The notes below the pieces were generated by a model, which was not told the DNA's origin, searched no databases, and worked only from the letters and a program-made list of their open reading frames with translations. From a virus, in IMG/VR virus record IMGVR_UViG_3300035698_022475, positions 1 through 64,000 of that record: a DNA stretch of 64,000 nt, one strand, 5' to 3'. Positions 46,705 through 57,815 of the stretch are shown one piece after another; the stretch's first letter is position 1, and each line of letters begins with the position of its first letter. Position numbers and translations under genes: made by a program.

Positions 46705-47868
46705 CTAAATTACCGACCAGCCAGTAGCGCCGTCCGTATTGATGTACACGATGCCTCCCGAGGTATCGTAACAGATCATCCCACCCGGTGCCGTGACCGC
46801 TCCATTGGGGTTCCCCGCGTACGTGATCGAACTGAAAATACCGGCCGCTACAACACTCACTCCGCTTTCACTACTGGCCGTGTGTCCCGAAACAACAGTA
46901 GCATCCGCAGGGTCCGCGTCCAGCTCACCGTGAACAGCCTGCGCAATACCGTCACCCGCAACATCGCCATGGAGCATGGTCTTACGGATACCATCAGTCG
47001 CAACTTGCAACTCAAACAACCCATTAAGATCTAACGACGAGCCGTCCGGGGCTGCGGCAATATCGTCTGCCGTAAACGAGAGTCCTCCTCGAGTCTCAAT
47101 AGTACCGTCTCCAGCATGGATAGTATCTCCGTCCTTTGTGAGTCCGGTGCCCGCAGTGATTTGTCCAGCTCCCGTGAACTGTACAAACGCCAGATTGTCC
47201 GTATCTATCACGTCATTGGGAGCATTCGTAGTACACACCCACCCCGTATCCGCATAGACCGTTCCCTCTCTCGCAAACACGTATGCGGCTGCCGCTTCAT
47301 CACCTGTATCGAAATCGGAAGGCCGCGTGACCACACCAGTATGTACTTCCCAAATACCGTTGTCCTTTGGGTCCGTATTGGCCGTCAGCAACACGCGGTC
47401 CCCGTCCACGAGTGTTACCCCGTCAATTGTCGGCAGGCCCGAGCCGTCGAAGTTCGTATCGGCAATGACCCGAACACTCGCCTTGGGATCGAGTCCCTGT
47501 GCCGCCGCCGCTAGAGTGTCCTCTGTGACGTACTTATTGGTCCCTGAAGGCGTCCCGGAGCCCGCAAGCGCGGCCTTCTCGTCACTTGACGGGTCGTTGG
47601 CATTACTGTGGTGATCGGTAGCCGTTTGTCCAGTCGTGTCTGCATGCGCAATAGAGCCGGCGACCATGGGTGCCCAGCTACTCCCGTTGTATACGTACAT
47701 CGTATACGGAGCGCCTGCCCCTGTAAGCGCCCACATGCCCTCGTAGGGCGACCCTGAGCCGTCCCCGTTCGTATCCCAATGCCGTGCACGGATCCAAGTC
47801 AGTGCTGCATTCGTGTCCACGTGTTGTCCCACGTATACGTGCTGTCCGAAAGGCGCGTGCAATGTCAT
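46705..47868 (-). CDS. tail fibre-like protein (387 aa)
   Basis: 'KASVRV..IDGVTL.DGDRVLL..NGIW..RPSDFD..G.VY.DTGW' phage fibre module. Confidence 0.7.
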   Translation of the reverse strand: MTLHAPFGQHVYVGQHVDTNAALTWIRARHWDTNGDGSGSPYEGMWALTGAGAPYTMYVYNGSSWAPMVAGSIAHADTTGQTATDHHSNANDPSSDEKAALAGSGTPSGTNKYVTEDTLAAAAQGLDPKASVRVIADTNFDGSGLPTIDGVTLVDGDRVLLTANTDPKDNGIWEVHTGVVTRPSDFDTGDEAAAAYVFAREGTVYADTGWVCTTNAPNDVIDTDNLAFVQFTGAGQITAGTGLTKDGDTIHAGDGTIETRGGLSFTADDIAAAPDGSSLDLNGLFELQVATDGIRKTMLHGDVAGDGIAQAVHGELDADPADATVVSGHTASSESGVSVVAAGIFSSITYAGNPNGAVTAPGGMICYDTSGGIVYINTDGATGWSVI

Positions 47869-47883
47869 TTTCCTTCTCCTTGG

Positions 47884-50457
47884 TTAGAGAACACCCCAAG
47901 TGGATGTCCCGCCTGCCTCGCAGACATAGTAAATCCCTGCCACGGTGTCTTTGTATATTTGTCCCGCATAAGCACCAGTAATGGGTACTACACGAGGATC
48001 TCCCACGCCAGAAACAAACGCAGGCACCGCTGCCTTGGCCGCCAAGCCGTCAATCGCTTCGGCCACCGTCGTTGGCAGGGGAAGATCCCAATCACTCGGA
48101 TTGCCGGGCGTGTACCCGTAATCAACCCAACCGCGCTCTATCCGCGCCCAGGCCCAATTAAAAGCTGAAGGGCCATTGATCCAACATGATCCAGTAGACC
48201 CCACATCGAAAACGACAACACGAAGCCACATGCCAGACTCGAGATACTGCTCAAGCGGTGGCAAGTTGAGCGCTCCATGATCGTCGGCGACCCCGTGGAT
48301 GGTATCGAAGGTCTTCGTCTGAATAATGTCGTTCCACGTCGACCCGCTATCGTCCGAGTACTGCCAGCACGCGCCGCACGAGAACCCGTCCAGTATGATC
48401 GCGGTGTCCTGCTCGAACGGCAAGTTGTACGAAAGCCGGTAGTCGGCATTCGTCTCAATCTGGATTACGCCAGGGCTGATAACCGTGTACGAGCCCCCGA
48501 TGACCGGCGTAGTGGAAAAGGGCAACAAGAGCGGGTTTGCCTCCGGCACGCCTCCCATCGCTTGCTGGCCGCACGTCTCCATCTGCACGCGGTCGTAGTT
48601 TGCACAACCCCCACTGTCCCCGAGCAGTTGCCAAATTGTGCTGCTGTTCTGATTACAGATATAGTAGTCGTCGACATCCGTGTCTCGATAGAATAGTCCA
48701 GCGTGCCCGCTGACAGACCCGTTGGGATCCCCCGACCCGCTCAGAAGTCCGTTGTCGACAGGCTTCCAGACCGGCACCGCTTCCGTACCGATGTTCTGGT
48801 ACAACTGATAGCCCGGGAAATCGCCTCCCGAACTCCACCAAACAAACATGCTTCCCGGCTCGAAACCGCCTCCACCGCCGGGAAGTTCCAAGCCCGATCC
48901 GAGTTTCACCACCGCGTTGAAGATACCGAATTCCAGTTGACCGAACCCTGAAGGCAACACCGTCTCGCTGCTCCCGTCAGGGGCCACGACGCGAATGCCG
49001 CGACGGACATTGCAGTGACCTCTAAGAAGCACCGACGGACCCGAAACGCTGTAGGCTATGTCACCCGCAGTCTCAGGATCAATGTCCACGCCACCTAGCA
49101 AGTACGCTGCTCCACGGATCAAATCGAACACCGTTCCAGCGCCCGACAATTCACCGCCACTGAACCGAACACTCGGACCAGCAACATCCACTAAGGCACA
49201 GGGACCGAGTGCTCCGCCAGTAACCCGGCCCTCGTAGGTGGTATCAATGGAATTCACATTCGCGTCATCGCCTGTAACCTCAATCGCGTACCCGTTTCCA
49301 GACTTCACATTAGCGTTCCGGATCCACAAAGTCGCGTTATCAACCACTATTCCACGACCACCCGAAGAATTGAGTCCGCCGTCTACCAAACGTAACAGCA
49401 CTCCGTCTCGGATGTTCACACAGTCACTTGCCATACCGTCAAAGAGGTCGTTGTATCCTCCATGCAAAATAACCAGTGCAGTCGGTGCGCCTCCGCCGCC
49501 AGAACCAACCGCGTCGAGGAAGTAGTCTGGGTCGCCGAACATCGCGCTCGGCTGATAAATACTCACAACGGAGAACCCGGCCGTGGCGTCCATCTTGATA
49601 ACGGTCTTGGTAGGTGCCGTACTACCCGGGTTCATCTGGAACCTACAGCCGTTGCCTACAAAAAATGAGTTCTCGAAAATCTCTAAGCCGTAGTCGCCGC
49701 CTGCAATTATAGCTGCTCCGGCAAGACACATGCACGAAAGATCGGGAAGGGGTTTCAGCCTAAGTCCTGTACGCCCCGAGCCGTCGCCTCCCATGCCTCC
49801 GTCTCCGGTAAGGAACAAGCCGCCGCCCTCGTTGAGCATGTAGTTCCCGCTATCGTATGCGTCTATAGAACTGGTGTCTAACAGGACAAATGGCTCACGA
49901 GGCTCGGCCGGGGGTCCGCCATTTGCGTCTCCAATAATTCGCAAGGCCCACGACCCAACTCCATCCGACACCAGACGAACACCGCGAATGACGGTCACGC
50001 CTAATGCTGGTTCAGGGTCCCCGGCGGTTCCAGTGACAGTAAGCACATCGCCAGAACCAGGACGAATCACGGCTCCCACAGGCGAGTCTATGCAGATATA
50101 GTCAGGCATCACGACGTTCTCGGCATACGCAGCTTGCTCAAGACTAAGTGTGGCTGGTCCCCCAATAGTCGCCACGATGTAGTCCACCGCGCCCTGGATA
50201 GTTCGGAACGGTTGTGCCGCCGTGCCTGTCTGTGGCGTGTCCGTATCCGTACGACTCCCGTCAACGTGTATGCGCGTGCTTCCCATTAGGGAACCGCTGA
50301 TGATCGCCCCCACAGGATTTCCCCCACCCATAGCGATGTTGTGGTGATAAGGAATCAGGGCGTGGGTAGGGTTCGACGAGATATGACTCGCAAGATTGGC
50401 CTCGGGAATAATCTCCCCGCACGCCAAACAGAAAACAGATCGGTTCATTCCTGACAT
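47884..50457 (-). CDS. tail spike-like protein with beta-helix (pectin-lyase-like) region
   Basis: 'IHVDG..GTAAQPFRTIQGAV', Gly-rich parallel beta repeats. Confidence 0.65.
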   Translation of the reverse strand: MSGMNRSVFCLACGEIIPEANLASHISSNPTHALIPYHHNIAMGGGNPVGAIISGSLMGSTRIHVDGSRTDTDTPQTGTAAQPFRTIQGAVDYIVATIGGPATLSLEQAAYAENVVMPDYICIDSPVGAVIRPGSGDVLTVTGTAGDPEPALGVTVIRGVRLVSDGVGSWALRIIGDANGGPPAEPREPFVLLDTSSIDAYDSGNYMLNEGGGLFLTGDGGMGGDGSGRTGLRLKPLPDLSCMCLAGAAIIAGGDYGLEIFENSFFVGNGCRFQMNPGSTAPTKTVIKMDATAGFSVVSIYQPSAMFGDPDYFLDAVGSGGGGAPTALVILHGGYNDLFDGMASDCVNIRDGVLLRLVDGGLNSSGGRGIVVDNATLWIRNANVKSGNGYAIEVTGDDANVNSIDTTYEGRVTGGALGPCALVDVAGPSVRFSGGELSGAGTVFDLIRGAAYLLGGVDIDPETAGDIAYSVSGPSVLLRGHCNVRRGIRVVAPDGSSETVLPSGFGQLEFGIFNAVVKLGSGLELPGGGGGFEPGSMFVWWSSGGDFPGYQLYQNIGTEAVPVWKPVDNGLLSGSGDPNGSVSGHAGLFYRDTDVDDYYICNQNSSTIWQLLGDSGGCANYDRVQMETCGQQAMGGVPEANPLLLPFSTTPVIGGSYTVISPGVIQIETNADYRLSYNLPFEQDTAIILDGFSCGACWQYSDDSGSTWNDIIQTKTFDTIHGVADDHGALNLPPLEQYLESGMWLRVVVFDVGSTGSCWINGPSAFNWAWARIERGWVDYGYTPGNPSDWDLPLPTTVAEAIDGLAAKAAVPAFVSGVGDPRVVPITGAYAGQIYKDTVAGIYYVCEAGGTSTWGVL

Positions 50458-50466
50458 TGTCGTCTC

Positions 50467-52476
50467 CTACTGGTACCGCACGATGCGGAGAGAAAGCCCT
50501 GGGACTCCTATTGAAATGGGAAAAACTCCTCCGAAGAAGCCCTTAATCCAAACCTTCACTTCGATGTAGTCGTTAGCCAAAAACGGAATATGATACATCT
50601 CTGCATCCGCATTAGCACTAACCCCAGCTCCCGGAAAACCAGGAACACAGTTCACGTATATCACCTGGTTTGGTGAAACCCCTCCGTTAACATGGAACCC
50701 TACTGCCACAACTGCGTCGAACAGGATTTGTTCGTTGGCAACTTGAATAAGCGCACTAACGCTGTAATTACCATCGCGCAGAATACAGATACGTTCAGGA
50801 CGAAGGCGGTCTGGGCCAAAATCAGTATCTTGGACCCCCCAATTCCACGAGGGAACTAAATATTCATTGGCCGGGATAAACGGCCCCTCAGGGTCATTTA
50901 CAAGATCCACCGCCACATCATTCATGACATGGCACTGTGACTCCCCCTCCCGCACTACTACATCAGCCGACGAAGTTACGTTATCCACTATAAACGCGTT
51001 CAGCCCCAAGTCCGTATCGAGCATGGACCGATAGCTCACCTTGTCGAAGGTGGGTCCAAACGGCTCCCCGAGAGAGCCTGTCGCGCCGTCCCATCCGAAA
51101 ATGTAGCCCAGGTATGGACCTCCTCCAGCTTGGAACTCACAGTCCCGGAAGACCGGACCCTTGTCGTCATTGGAGTCACGGCAGCCAATATATCCTCCCG
51201 GAGAAGGATTACGCATACCGTCAAAGGCTTTATTGATAACGGAGAACACACACTGATCCACGCTCTGGAAAACACACGAGGAAAAAACTCCGATACCAAA
51301 ACGTGTTTCCCGCGCATAGATAGAGATGCTATTTTTCTCATCAGGTACAAGAGGTTCCTCTACGGAGCCGACCATCGTATTCCACGTAGGATCCACTTCC
51401 ATACCCCCGAACACACAGCGATCCGTGTAGAGGCTCAAACTGCCTGTGGCATCAAGGGGTACTGCACCTCCGCTTGCGTTATTCAAGAGGGAAGATACTG
51501 ATGCCATGTCCAAGTGAAGGCGTTGTCCTCCACTCCAAGGTCCTGACCCCGGGAACGCATTCACGACAGTGATTCCACCTTCAAGACGGAAAGAGGGGCC
51601 GTAGGACTCAGGAATAATACTTGGAGAATAATCGAGAGCACGCCACCCTGTGCCTTCTCCGTTTACGAATAGCTCCGGCGGATACTGCGCAGGACTGAGC
51701 CCCACAGCCGCCCAGGCTCCCGGGTTGATGTCCCAGCGAAGCTGGTCTGCAATGATAACGTCTCTTCCAGAAAAAGTAACCTTACGGCGGTGCGGTACCC
51801 GGATAACCGCGCTCATCGAAGTGTAGTAACCTGGCGCAATGATGAACTCATACGGTGTGAGGAACTCCGCAGGGTCCACAGTGGGACCGATAGTGCTTGC
51901 CGCATACGCTATCGTCGCATAAGGCTTCTCGTGACTTCCCGTACCGGTAACGTCGCTCCCGTTCAACTGATCGACATGGATGCGACCCCACCCTGTGGGT
52001 GTAACTACTCCGCCGCCAATCACGCTATCTACCCACTTGAGGTAGGCGTCGATCTTGGATTCCCATCCACGGTAAGCGGGGTCATCCACGGAGTTGTCGA
52101 AGATGGTCTCTTCCAACGCCGGGAGAGCGAGACCGCTCACTGCCAAGCGAATGCCCATGTACAGTACCAGCACGTCCTCTGTGAGCATTCCTGCATCCAC
52201 CGTCAGGCGAATGAGACAGCCTCCGGCGTGCCCAAACGTAGCTGCTCCAATCCAGGGAGTTCCAGGCACAGGAGTAGTAATGACAACCGGAGGTCCTGGA
52301 ACCATGGACTCCTGGGGCTGTGTGAGTACTTCCCAGTCGTACGTGGAGTGAGTCACATCCTGCGCAGTGAAGTCCACATTGATACCAGCTTGAATATCCT
52401 GGGTTGCCTTCCCGAAAACACCTACTACGGGCGGCATCGCTCCCGGTTGGTCCATTTTGAAAAGCGCGGTCATCAC
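50467..52476 (-). CDS. virion protein (PKD-like N-terminus, beta-helix, C1q-like C-terminus)
   Basis: 'IHVDQLNGSD..GSHEKPYATI', C-terminal 'DGNYSVSA..NDYIEV'. Confidence 0.6.
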   Translation of the reverse strand: MMTALFKMDQPGAMPPVVGVFGKATQDIQAGINVDFTAQDVTHSTYDWEVLTQPQESMVPGPPVVITTPVPGTPWIGAATFGHAGGCLIRLTVDAGMLTEDVLVLYMGIRLAVSGLALPALEETIFDNSVDDPAYRGWESKIDAYLKWVDSVIGGGVVTPTGWGRIHVDQLNGSDVTGTGSHEKPYATIAYAASTIGPTVDPAEFLTPYEFIIAPGYYTSMSAVIRVPHRRKVTFSGRDVIIADQLRWDINPGAWAAVGLSPAQYPPELFVNGEGTGWRALDYSPSIIPESYGPSFRLEGGITVVNAFPGSGPWSGGQRLHLDMASVSSLLNNASGGAVPLDATGSLSLYTDRCVFGGMEVDPTWNTMVGSVEEPLVPDEKNSISIYARETRFGIGVFSSCVFQSVDQCVFSVINKAFDGMRNPSPGGYIGCRDSNDDKGPVFRDCEFQAGGGPYLGYIFGWDGATGSLGEPFGPTFDKVSYRSMLDTDLGLNAFIVDNVTSSADVVVREGESQCHVMNDVAVDLVNDPEGPFIPANEYLVPSWNWGVQDTDFGPDRLRPERICILRDGNYSVSALIQVANEQILFDAVVAVGFHVNGGVSPNQVIYVNCVPGFPGAGVSANADAEMYHIPFLANDYIEVKVWIKGFFGGVFPISIGVPGLSLRIVRYQ

Positions 52477-52492
52477 TTACTCCTTAGCGGAA

Positions 52493-53596
52493 CTAGGGGG
52501 TTTCCCCGTTGATATAGTTATCGATCATCTCGGCGGTATCCATACTATCGTAGCCTGACTCTTGTGCCGCGGCATAAGCCCACGAATCCGGATCTGCGAG
52601 GTAGTCATTAATGTCTACAGGATCGTCTTCAAATTGTTGTGCAGCACTCCCATCAACCGGATCCCCCGGGCCGCTTGAAGGGGGAGCAGTATCCGATGCC
52701 GCGGGCCCTGTAGACCCTGTCTCATTTGTGGGGGTTTCTGCTTGTGCAGTCTCTCCTACGTCGCCCTCTGAAACCTCCTCGGGGATATAGGTGCCATTCT
52801 GAATCTCGTACATTTTGCGCCGCTGGTCTTGGAGCTGCTTTGCCAAATCGGCATCTGTCCTACTGAGATCATAAGGGCCATTTGAGTTAAAAGTACTGAT
52901 GACTCCCTTCTTCACCAAAAAGTTAAAAGAGAAAGCCGCATACGTTTCTTGTCCTGCAATGAGGCGCCAATTCAAATTGGTCATGGCGCCAAAAAAAGTA
53001 AAAGAATCATAGCGAAGCTGTAGTGCGAGCCCCCGCGACGCTAGTTGCGTACCTCGCCCCAGGTACTGAAATACTCTGTAGAGGTTTACAAGCCAATTGT
53101 CCTGATACGTATTCATCACCGTACCGGTATACGTAAACACAGGAGCTTGTTGTCCGAAGAAAAACGCTACATAGTTGTCAGACAACACCTCGGAAACCTG
53201 CATCTTCTCCTCATAACGGTGGTCTGCCGTATGGAGAAGAAAATCTAAATACCCCAGACCTGCCTCGTTTTTACCGTAACCAACGAGGGCATCTACAACA
53301 CTACCAACACCTCCGTCCGGGTCCCCTCCCTTGGCTCCTTTTATTGCGCTTTTGCGTACCTTGTTAAATTGCGCCTTGGTATTGACGTTGATGTACATCC
53401 GCGCCATCGTGTCAAGGTACTCATGATTGCGGCCAGGAAGCCAACGCTCATACTGCGCAGTGCTCTGGCTATGAGCCGCAAGCACACCTCGAGCCTTGGG
53501 GTCTCGCCCACTCAACTTATTGAAATATTCAAAACTATCTGCCGTAGCACCCCCGAAAGGGTTTTTGGAGGGGTCACGCTCTGAGTACTCAACCAT
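52493..53596 (-). CDS. tail/baseplate assembly protein (after tape measure)
   Basis: position downstream of the TMP; 'FFGQQAPVFTYTG'. Confidence 0.55.
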   Translation of the reverse strand: MVEYSERDPSKNPFGGATADSFEYFNKLSGRDPKARGVLAAHSQSTAQYERWLPGRNHEYLDTMARMYINVNTKAQFNKVRKSAIKGAKGGDPDGGVGSVVDALVGYGKNEAGLGYLDFLLHTADHRYEEKMQVSEVLSDNYVAFFFGQQAPVFTYTGTVMNTYQDNWLVNLYRVFQYLGRGTQLASRGLALQLRYDSFTFFGAMTNLNWRLIAGQETYAAFSFNFLVKKGVISTFNSNGPYDLSRTDADLAKQLQDQRRKMYEIQNGTYIPEEVSEGDVGETAQAETPTNETGSTGPAASDTAPPSSGPGDPVDGSAAQQFEDDPVDINDYLADPDSWAYAAAQESGYDSMDTAEMIDNYINGETP

Positions 53597-53598
53597 TA

Positions 53599-53808
53599 TT
53601 AACGCCTCTTGATTAGCTTCGGCGATGCTTGCAGATTCCGCACAAGAAGATCACCGGTTTCATACACTACAGTATAGGCGCGGAGGACCAACGGAGGCAA
53701 AACCAACCGCGCCACTTTTCCCTCCCGAGCATTCATCAACAGATTCTCGTGCACATACCGTAGCAGTGCTTCTCCTCGGGGCGGTATTTTTTTGACTTTC
53801 TGATCCAC
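53599..53808 (-). CDS. small hypothetical protein
   Basis: fills the gap between the TMP and the next gene. Confidence 0.5.
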   Translation of the reverse strand: MDQKVKKIPPRGEALLRYVHENLLMNAREGKVARLVLPPLVLRAYTVVYETGDLLVRNLQASPKLIKRR

Positions 53809-53822
53809 GGTACCGTCCTAAC

Positions 53823-56800
53823 TTAGAGATTATTACTCGCCGCTCTTGCTTCCTCTGCTTTGGCAAACGCCTGCGCTGCCTTCAAAAGACTGTCAGCGGC
53901 TGGTTTGAATTTATTTCGCACAACTTCTCCGAACTCATCCTCTCCTGCCGCGGCTGCTTTCTTCTCTTGCTTAAGGCGATCTGCTTCCGTGCCGGTTGCC
54001 TCATATGCTGACTTCTCCGACAATAACTCTTCAGGAGTAATAGAAATACCGGCCATCACATCAGTACTGGCTTCAGCAGTTCCTCCGCCCTTAACGTACT
54101 TCAACAAATCCCCTGCCAAAGACTTCTGTTTACCGGTTCCGCTCTTCGACAGTTTCTCCAAAAACTCCGTAGTAGACTGTGCCGACCCTGACTTCTCCAG
54201 GCTTCCTCGTAATGATTCTACAATACCTTCAGCCCCTAGATCCTCGTAGGACTCGAGACGTGACTGTAGTCCTTTGCCTGCACCTTCTCCGAGAATACCC
54301 GCAACCGTACCTGCCATCGCCCCTGACACCGCACGGCCCTGCACAAGACCCGTCATCTTACCTATATCCCGAATACCTTGCATTCCTTTAGTGCCTGATT
54401 TACGGATGGCTTTCTTTACATCCCCGCTTACGTCAGCCTTGAGCTTCCCTTGCATACGAGTCATAAACGTAGCGTAATCCGCGTCCTTAACATTACCCGC
54501 TGCCTTCTCTTGTTCAAACAGCGCCTCCATATCTGCACTAACATCCGCACCCCCAGCAACCGCTGCCATACCTTGCATCTCGATCTTAGAAGTCTTCTGC
54601 ATAAACTTTTCGAGATCTTCCAGGCCTTCGACATCTCCCCCTTTGTACCAAGAGTTACTGAGTCCGAGCTTTCTTTCCACCGCATCAATCTCAGTATCGT
54701 AATCCTCCATTCGCGCCTCACGATTATCTTCCCCGGTCTTATTGAGTTCTAAGATCGACGCAACCTCAGAATCAGCCTCTACCTCATCAAAGATTTCACT
54801 GTCAGCACTCTTCTCTCGGGCCGCATTACTCATATCCCCGAGGAACTTCTGACGAACCTCAGGATCCATAGCGCGCCACTCCAGCTCAGAAATACCAATA
54901 GCAGCCATACCTTGGATAGCTGCCTTCTCGAAGTCTCCGCTTGTGATGCGGTCATTTGTAAAGGTTCCAGCCCTTGACTGCACCATAGACGAATAGGCTT
55001 GAGCTGCCACCGACAAAGCCTGATACCCCTTGCTGCTATCTTTACCCTTGCGCGACGACTTGGCCCCTATTTGGGACATCACATCGACTTTTTCTTTGGT
55101 AGACGCCTTTGCGCGCTTTTTACCCGCACCAAGCATTCCTACAACTCGCTCACGTTCTTGTTGCGCAGCAGCCATTACATTCCGTTCTTCGCCCGCCTCT
55201 AAGTTAGCGCCTACCATGCCCCCAAACATGAATTGCCCTACAGACTCCCCATACGGAAGACCTGCAGCAAGACTGAGGACATCTCCTATCCCACCACTCA
55301 TACCTCCCAGGGCTTCACCCGCACGGGACAGGTCCCTGTTGGATATGTCCGTCGCAACTCTGCGCGTCGAGCCTCCAGAGCGGCCTTTTGTAATATTCTC
55401 GTAATTTTTGGACAAGAAATCAGCCGCTTTACGTTCTGTTACATCCCGCCCACGGTCCCGACGCGTGATCATACGGCCCTCTTCCCATGCAGTCTCGTCG
55501 TCCATCCACTCACTGACATCGGAAGCTACACCAGAAATTTCTCTACCCGCAGCAGCAAAGGGGGCCGCGATAGACTCACCAACGCCCTTCACGAAACGGC
55601 CAGCACTGGAAGACTTCATCTTATCCCAGAGACCCGGTGCCCGTGCCTTGATGTCCGCGTACTGCTGACCTCCAAGCTCCTCGAGTCCTCGTTGTGCTTG
55701 TTGTTGTTGTGCTTTCCAGTACTCCGGATTCGACCCTTCCAACATCATCTGACGGGCAATGTCGGGCCCGTACATGGCCTGCGCTCCAACGGATAGCGCA
55801 TCAGCGCCCTTCATCCCGAGCATCTTCCCGGTATTCATGGCACCGCGGAAACGCATCAGGTTCATCTCACCTGGGGTCATAGTCTGTGCCGCCGCGGATG
55901 AAATCTCCTTCTGCATCAACCCGAAATTGGCAAGTGCCCCGATTCCGCCTTCCTGTACTGCCTGGCCTAGATTCTGAACAGCCCCCATGACCATTCCGCG
56001 AGCGCCACCACCCCCGCTGTACTGCTGAGATAGATTCCCAGTGTCGAGTCCCCAATTGCCGTCTTTATAGCCGCCCACTGAGGCTGCGAAGAGGGGAGTC
56101 CCCATGTACGCCGCCTGTGCTTGTGTATTGCGTTGCGCCACCCCATGAACTCCACCCTGCATGGCGAGCTGCATGGGGGTAAAGGTTCCGGAAGCTACCG
56201 CCTGCCGTGCAGACGACATGGCATGCATCCCGTAGCCGAACCCCGCTGCGGGAGACAGCCCCGCCTGCTGGAACGTCGCAGCACCTGGGAGGCCTCCCTG
56301 CGACTGAATACCCCCAATAGAAGTGCCCGCCGCGCGAGCATACGCCTTCATCTGGTAGGCTGCTGACTCGATCTCAGGCATCTGCATACCCATCCCACGG
56401 AGCTGTGCCATCTGGCGGATGACGCTGGTAACATCCGGGTCATTCGTCAACTGCATAAACGCACTCACTGTCCGACTGACTTTCTTCAATTGGGACTGAA
56501 TCTGCGGAACACTCTGCTCCATGTCCATGAGGCCAGATTGCCCCGCCATACTGGTCATGCGCGTCAGATCACTCCGATTGAACATTCCCCCAGTCTGTGC
56601 TTTGAACTCCTGGCTACCCGCCATCCCGCGAATACCCTGGGCCAGTTCCTGTCCTCCTTGCGGACTCAGGCCGCGTCCCATAGGATGCAAATCGGGTCCT
56701 GACATCACCCAGTTCTGAGACATCCGCTGCGCCGAAGCACCCATCTGCCGAGCGTCGATGTTGGGCTGTACAGGAGCCATGGCCATCGTACCCATTCCCT

Positions 56801-57464
56801 GGGCCGCACCGCTGGCTCCCGCGAGGGCTGCTCCCCCTATCGCTCCCGCAATCGCTCCTGCGGGCCCAAACCGGCGTCCTGCTCCTGCACCCATGAGGGC
56901 TCCAACACCCAGGCCAGCGGCAGTACCGGCCACACGAGGGGCCTGCATAATATTAGAGTAGAGCTGATCCGCCCGCTGCTCACGTTGCATAGACTTCTGC
57001 TCCCAGGCAGTCCTGAACTGTGGCTGCGGCATCTGGGGAGTAAACGGAGTAGAAAACTGGGGCATCGTAGGCATCGGAGCCATCGGCGCAAAGGCTGCCG
57101 GCGCCGTAGGTGGCCGGAATATTCCTGTCTCTGGCGGCGTCATCATCATCGGAGATGGGAGCATAGCCGGAGCACCCCCCTGCTGGAGGGACTTCTGAAG
57201 CATAGACGCCACGTACGGATTCATGGACTGTGACTGCTGTATCTGGCTGAGTTGCGCTTGAAACTGTTGTCCAAAACCCGCCGCCTGTGCCGCAGGAGAA
57301 CCCGCCATGTTCATCTGAGTAGCAATAGAGAGTTGCTGCGCAGCCTGGTTGGACATATTTAGGGCGGTCTCAGCAGGAGAAGGAGTACGCATTGAAGGAA
57401 CAGGAGACCCTCCCGGCCAGAGCCCCATGTTCATCTGCATCGAATTGTACTTACTGTCGGCCAT
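53823..57464 (-). CDS. tape measure protein
   Basis: 1213 aa, Ala/Gly/Met/Gln-rich helical composition, immediately downstream of a frameshifted chaperone pair. Confidence 0.75.
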   Translation of the reverse strand: MADSKYNSMQMNMGLWPGGSPVPSMRTPSPAETALNMSNQAAQQLSIATQMNMAGSPAAQAAGFGQQFQAQLSQIQQSQSMNPYVASMLQKSLQQGGAPAMLPSPMMMTPPETGIFRPPTAPAAFAPMAPMPTMPQFSTPFTPQMPQPQFRTAWEQKSMQREQRADQLYSNIMQAPRVAGTAAGLGVGALMGAGAGRRFGPAGAIAGAIGGAALAGASGAAQGMGTMAMAPVQPNIDARQMGASAQRMSQNWVMSGPDLHPMGRGLSPQGGQELAQGIRGMAGSQEFKAQTGGMFNRSDLTRMTSMAGQSGLMDMEQSVPQIQSQLKKVSRTVSAFMQLTNDPDVTSVIRQMAQLRGMGMQMPEIESAAYQMKAYARAAGTSIGGIQSQGGLPGAATFQQAGLSPAAGFGYGMHAMSSARQAVASGTFTPMQLAMQGGVHGVAQRNTQAQAAYMGTPLFAASVGGYKDGNWGLDTGNLSQQYSGGGGARGMVMGAVQNLGQAVQEGGIGALANFGLMQKEISSAAAQTMTPGEMNLMRFRGAMNTGKMLGMKGADALSVGAQAMYGPDIARQMMLEGSNPEYWKAQQQQAQRGLEELGGQQYADIKARAPGLWDKMKSSSAGRFVKGVGESIAAPFAAAGREISGVASDVSEWMDDETAWEEGRMITRRDRGRDVTERKAADFLSKNYENITKGRSGGSTRRVATDISNRDLSRAGEALGGMSGGIGDVLSLAAGLPYGESVGQFMFGGMVGANLEAGEERNVMAAAQQERERVVGMLGAGKKRAKASTKEKVDVMSQIGAKSSRKGKDSSKGYQALSVAAQAYSSMVQSRAGTFTNDRITSGDFEKAAIQGMAAIGISELEWRAMDPEVRQKFLGDMSNAAREKSADSEIFDEVEADSEVASILELNKTGEDNREARMEDYDTEIDAVERKLGLSNSWYKGGDVEGLEDLEKFMQKTSKIEMQGMAAVAGGADVSADMEALFEQEKAAGNVKDADYATFMTRMQGKLKADVSGDVKKAIRKSGTKGMQGIRDIGKMTGLVQGRAVSGAMAGTVAGILGEGAGKGLQSRLESYEDLGAEGIVESLRGSLEKSGSAQSTTEFLEKLSKSGTGKQKSLAGDLLKYVKGGGTAEASTDVMAGISITPEELLSEKSAYEATGTEADRLKQEKKAAAAGEDEFGEVVRNKFKPAADSLLKAAQAFAKAEEARAASNNL

Positions 57465-57801
57465 CCTCGTCCTTATCTTTGACTGTCATAGCCTCCAGAC
57501 GCTGCATCAACTTGTCTCTTTCAAATTCTTCCTCTAGTCGACTCTTCAGGCGACGCGCGTCTACCGATTCATACCTGAAATTATACCGTAGCTGGTAAAG
57601 TTCTTCCCTATACTTCTCAAGGAGATGATGCAAAGTAGCGTCAGGAATCCCCAGCCCCATAGCAATCAAGCGGGCAAAGAGGGCCACTGATGAGTATTTC
57701 TCGTTCTTATCCCGAATGATCGCTTCGGTCAAAATTCGCTCTTGAAAAGAGCCGGGAGCGGGAAGCGGTGCCCCCCGCAACAGAGCGAAGGACCTCGTCA
57801 A
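57451..57801 (-). CDS. tail assembly chaperone, frameshift extension (gpT-like)
   Basis: in the -1 frame relative to the upstream chaperone, with an open frame back through GGATTTTTAA. Confidence 0.65.
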   Translation of the reverse strand: MTRSFALLRGAPLPAPGSFQERILTEAIIRDKNEKYSSVALFARLIAMGLGIPDATLHHLLEKYREELYQLRYNFRYESVDARRLKSRLEEEFERDKLMQRLEAMTVKDKDEDGRQ

Positions 57802-57815
57802 ACCTACTCCCGTAT

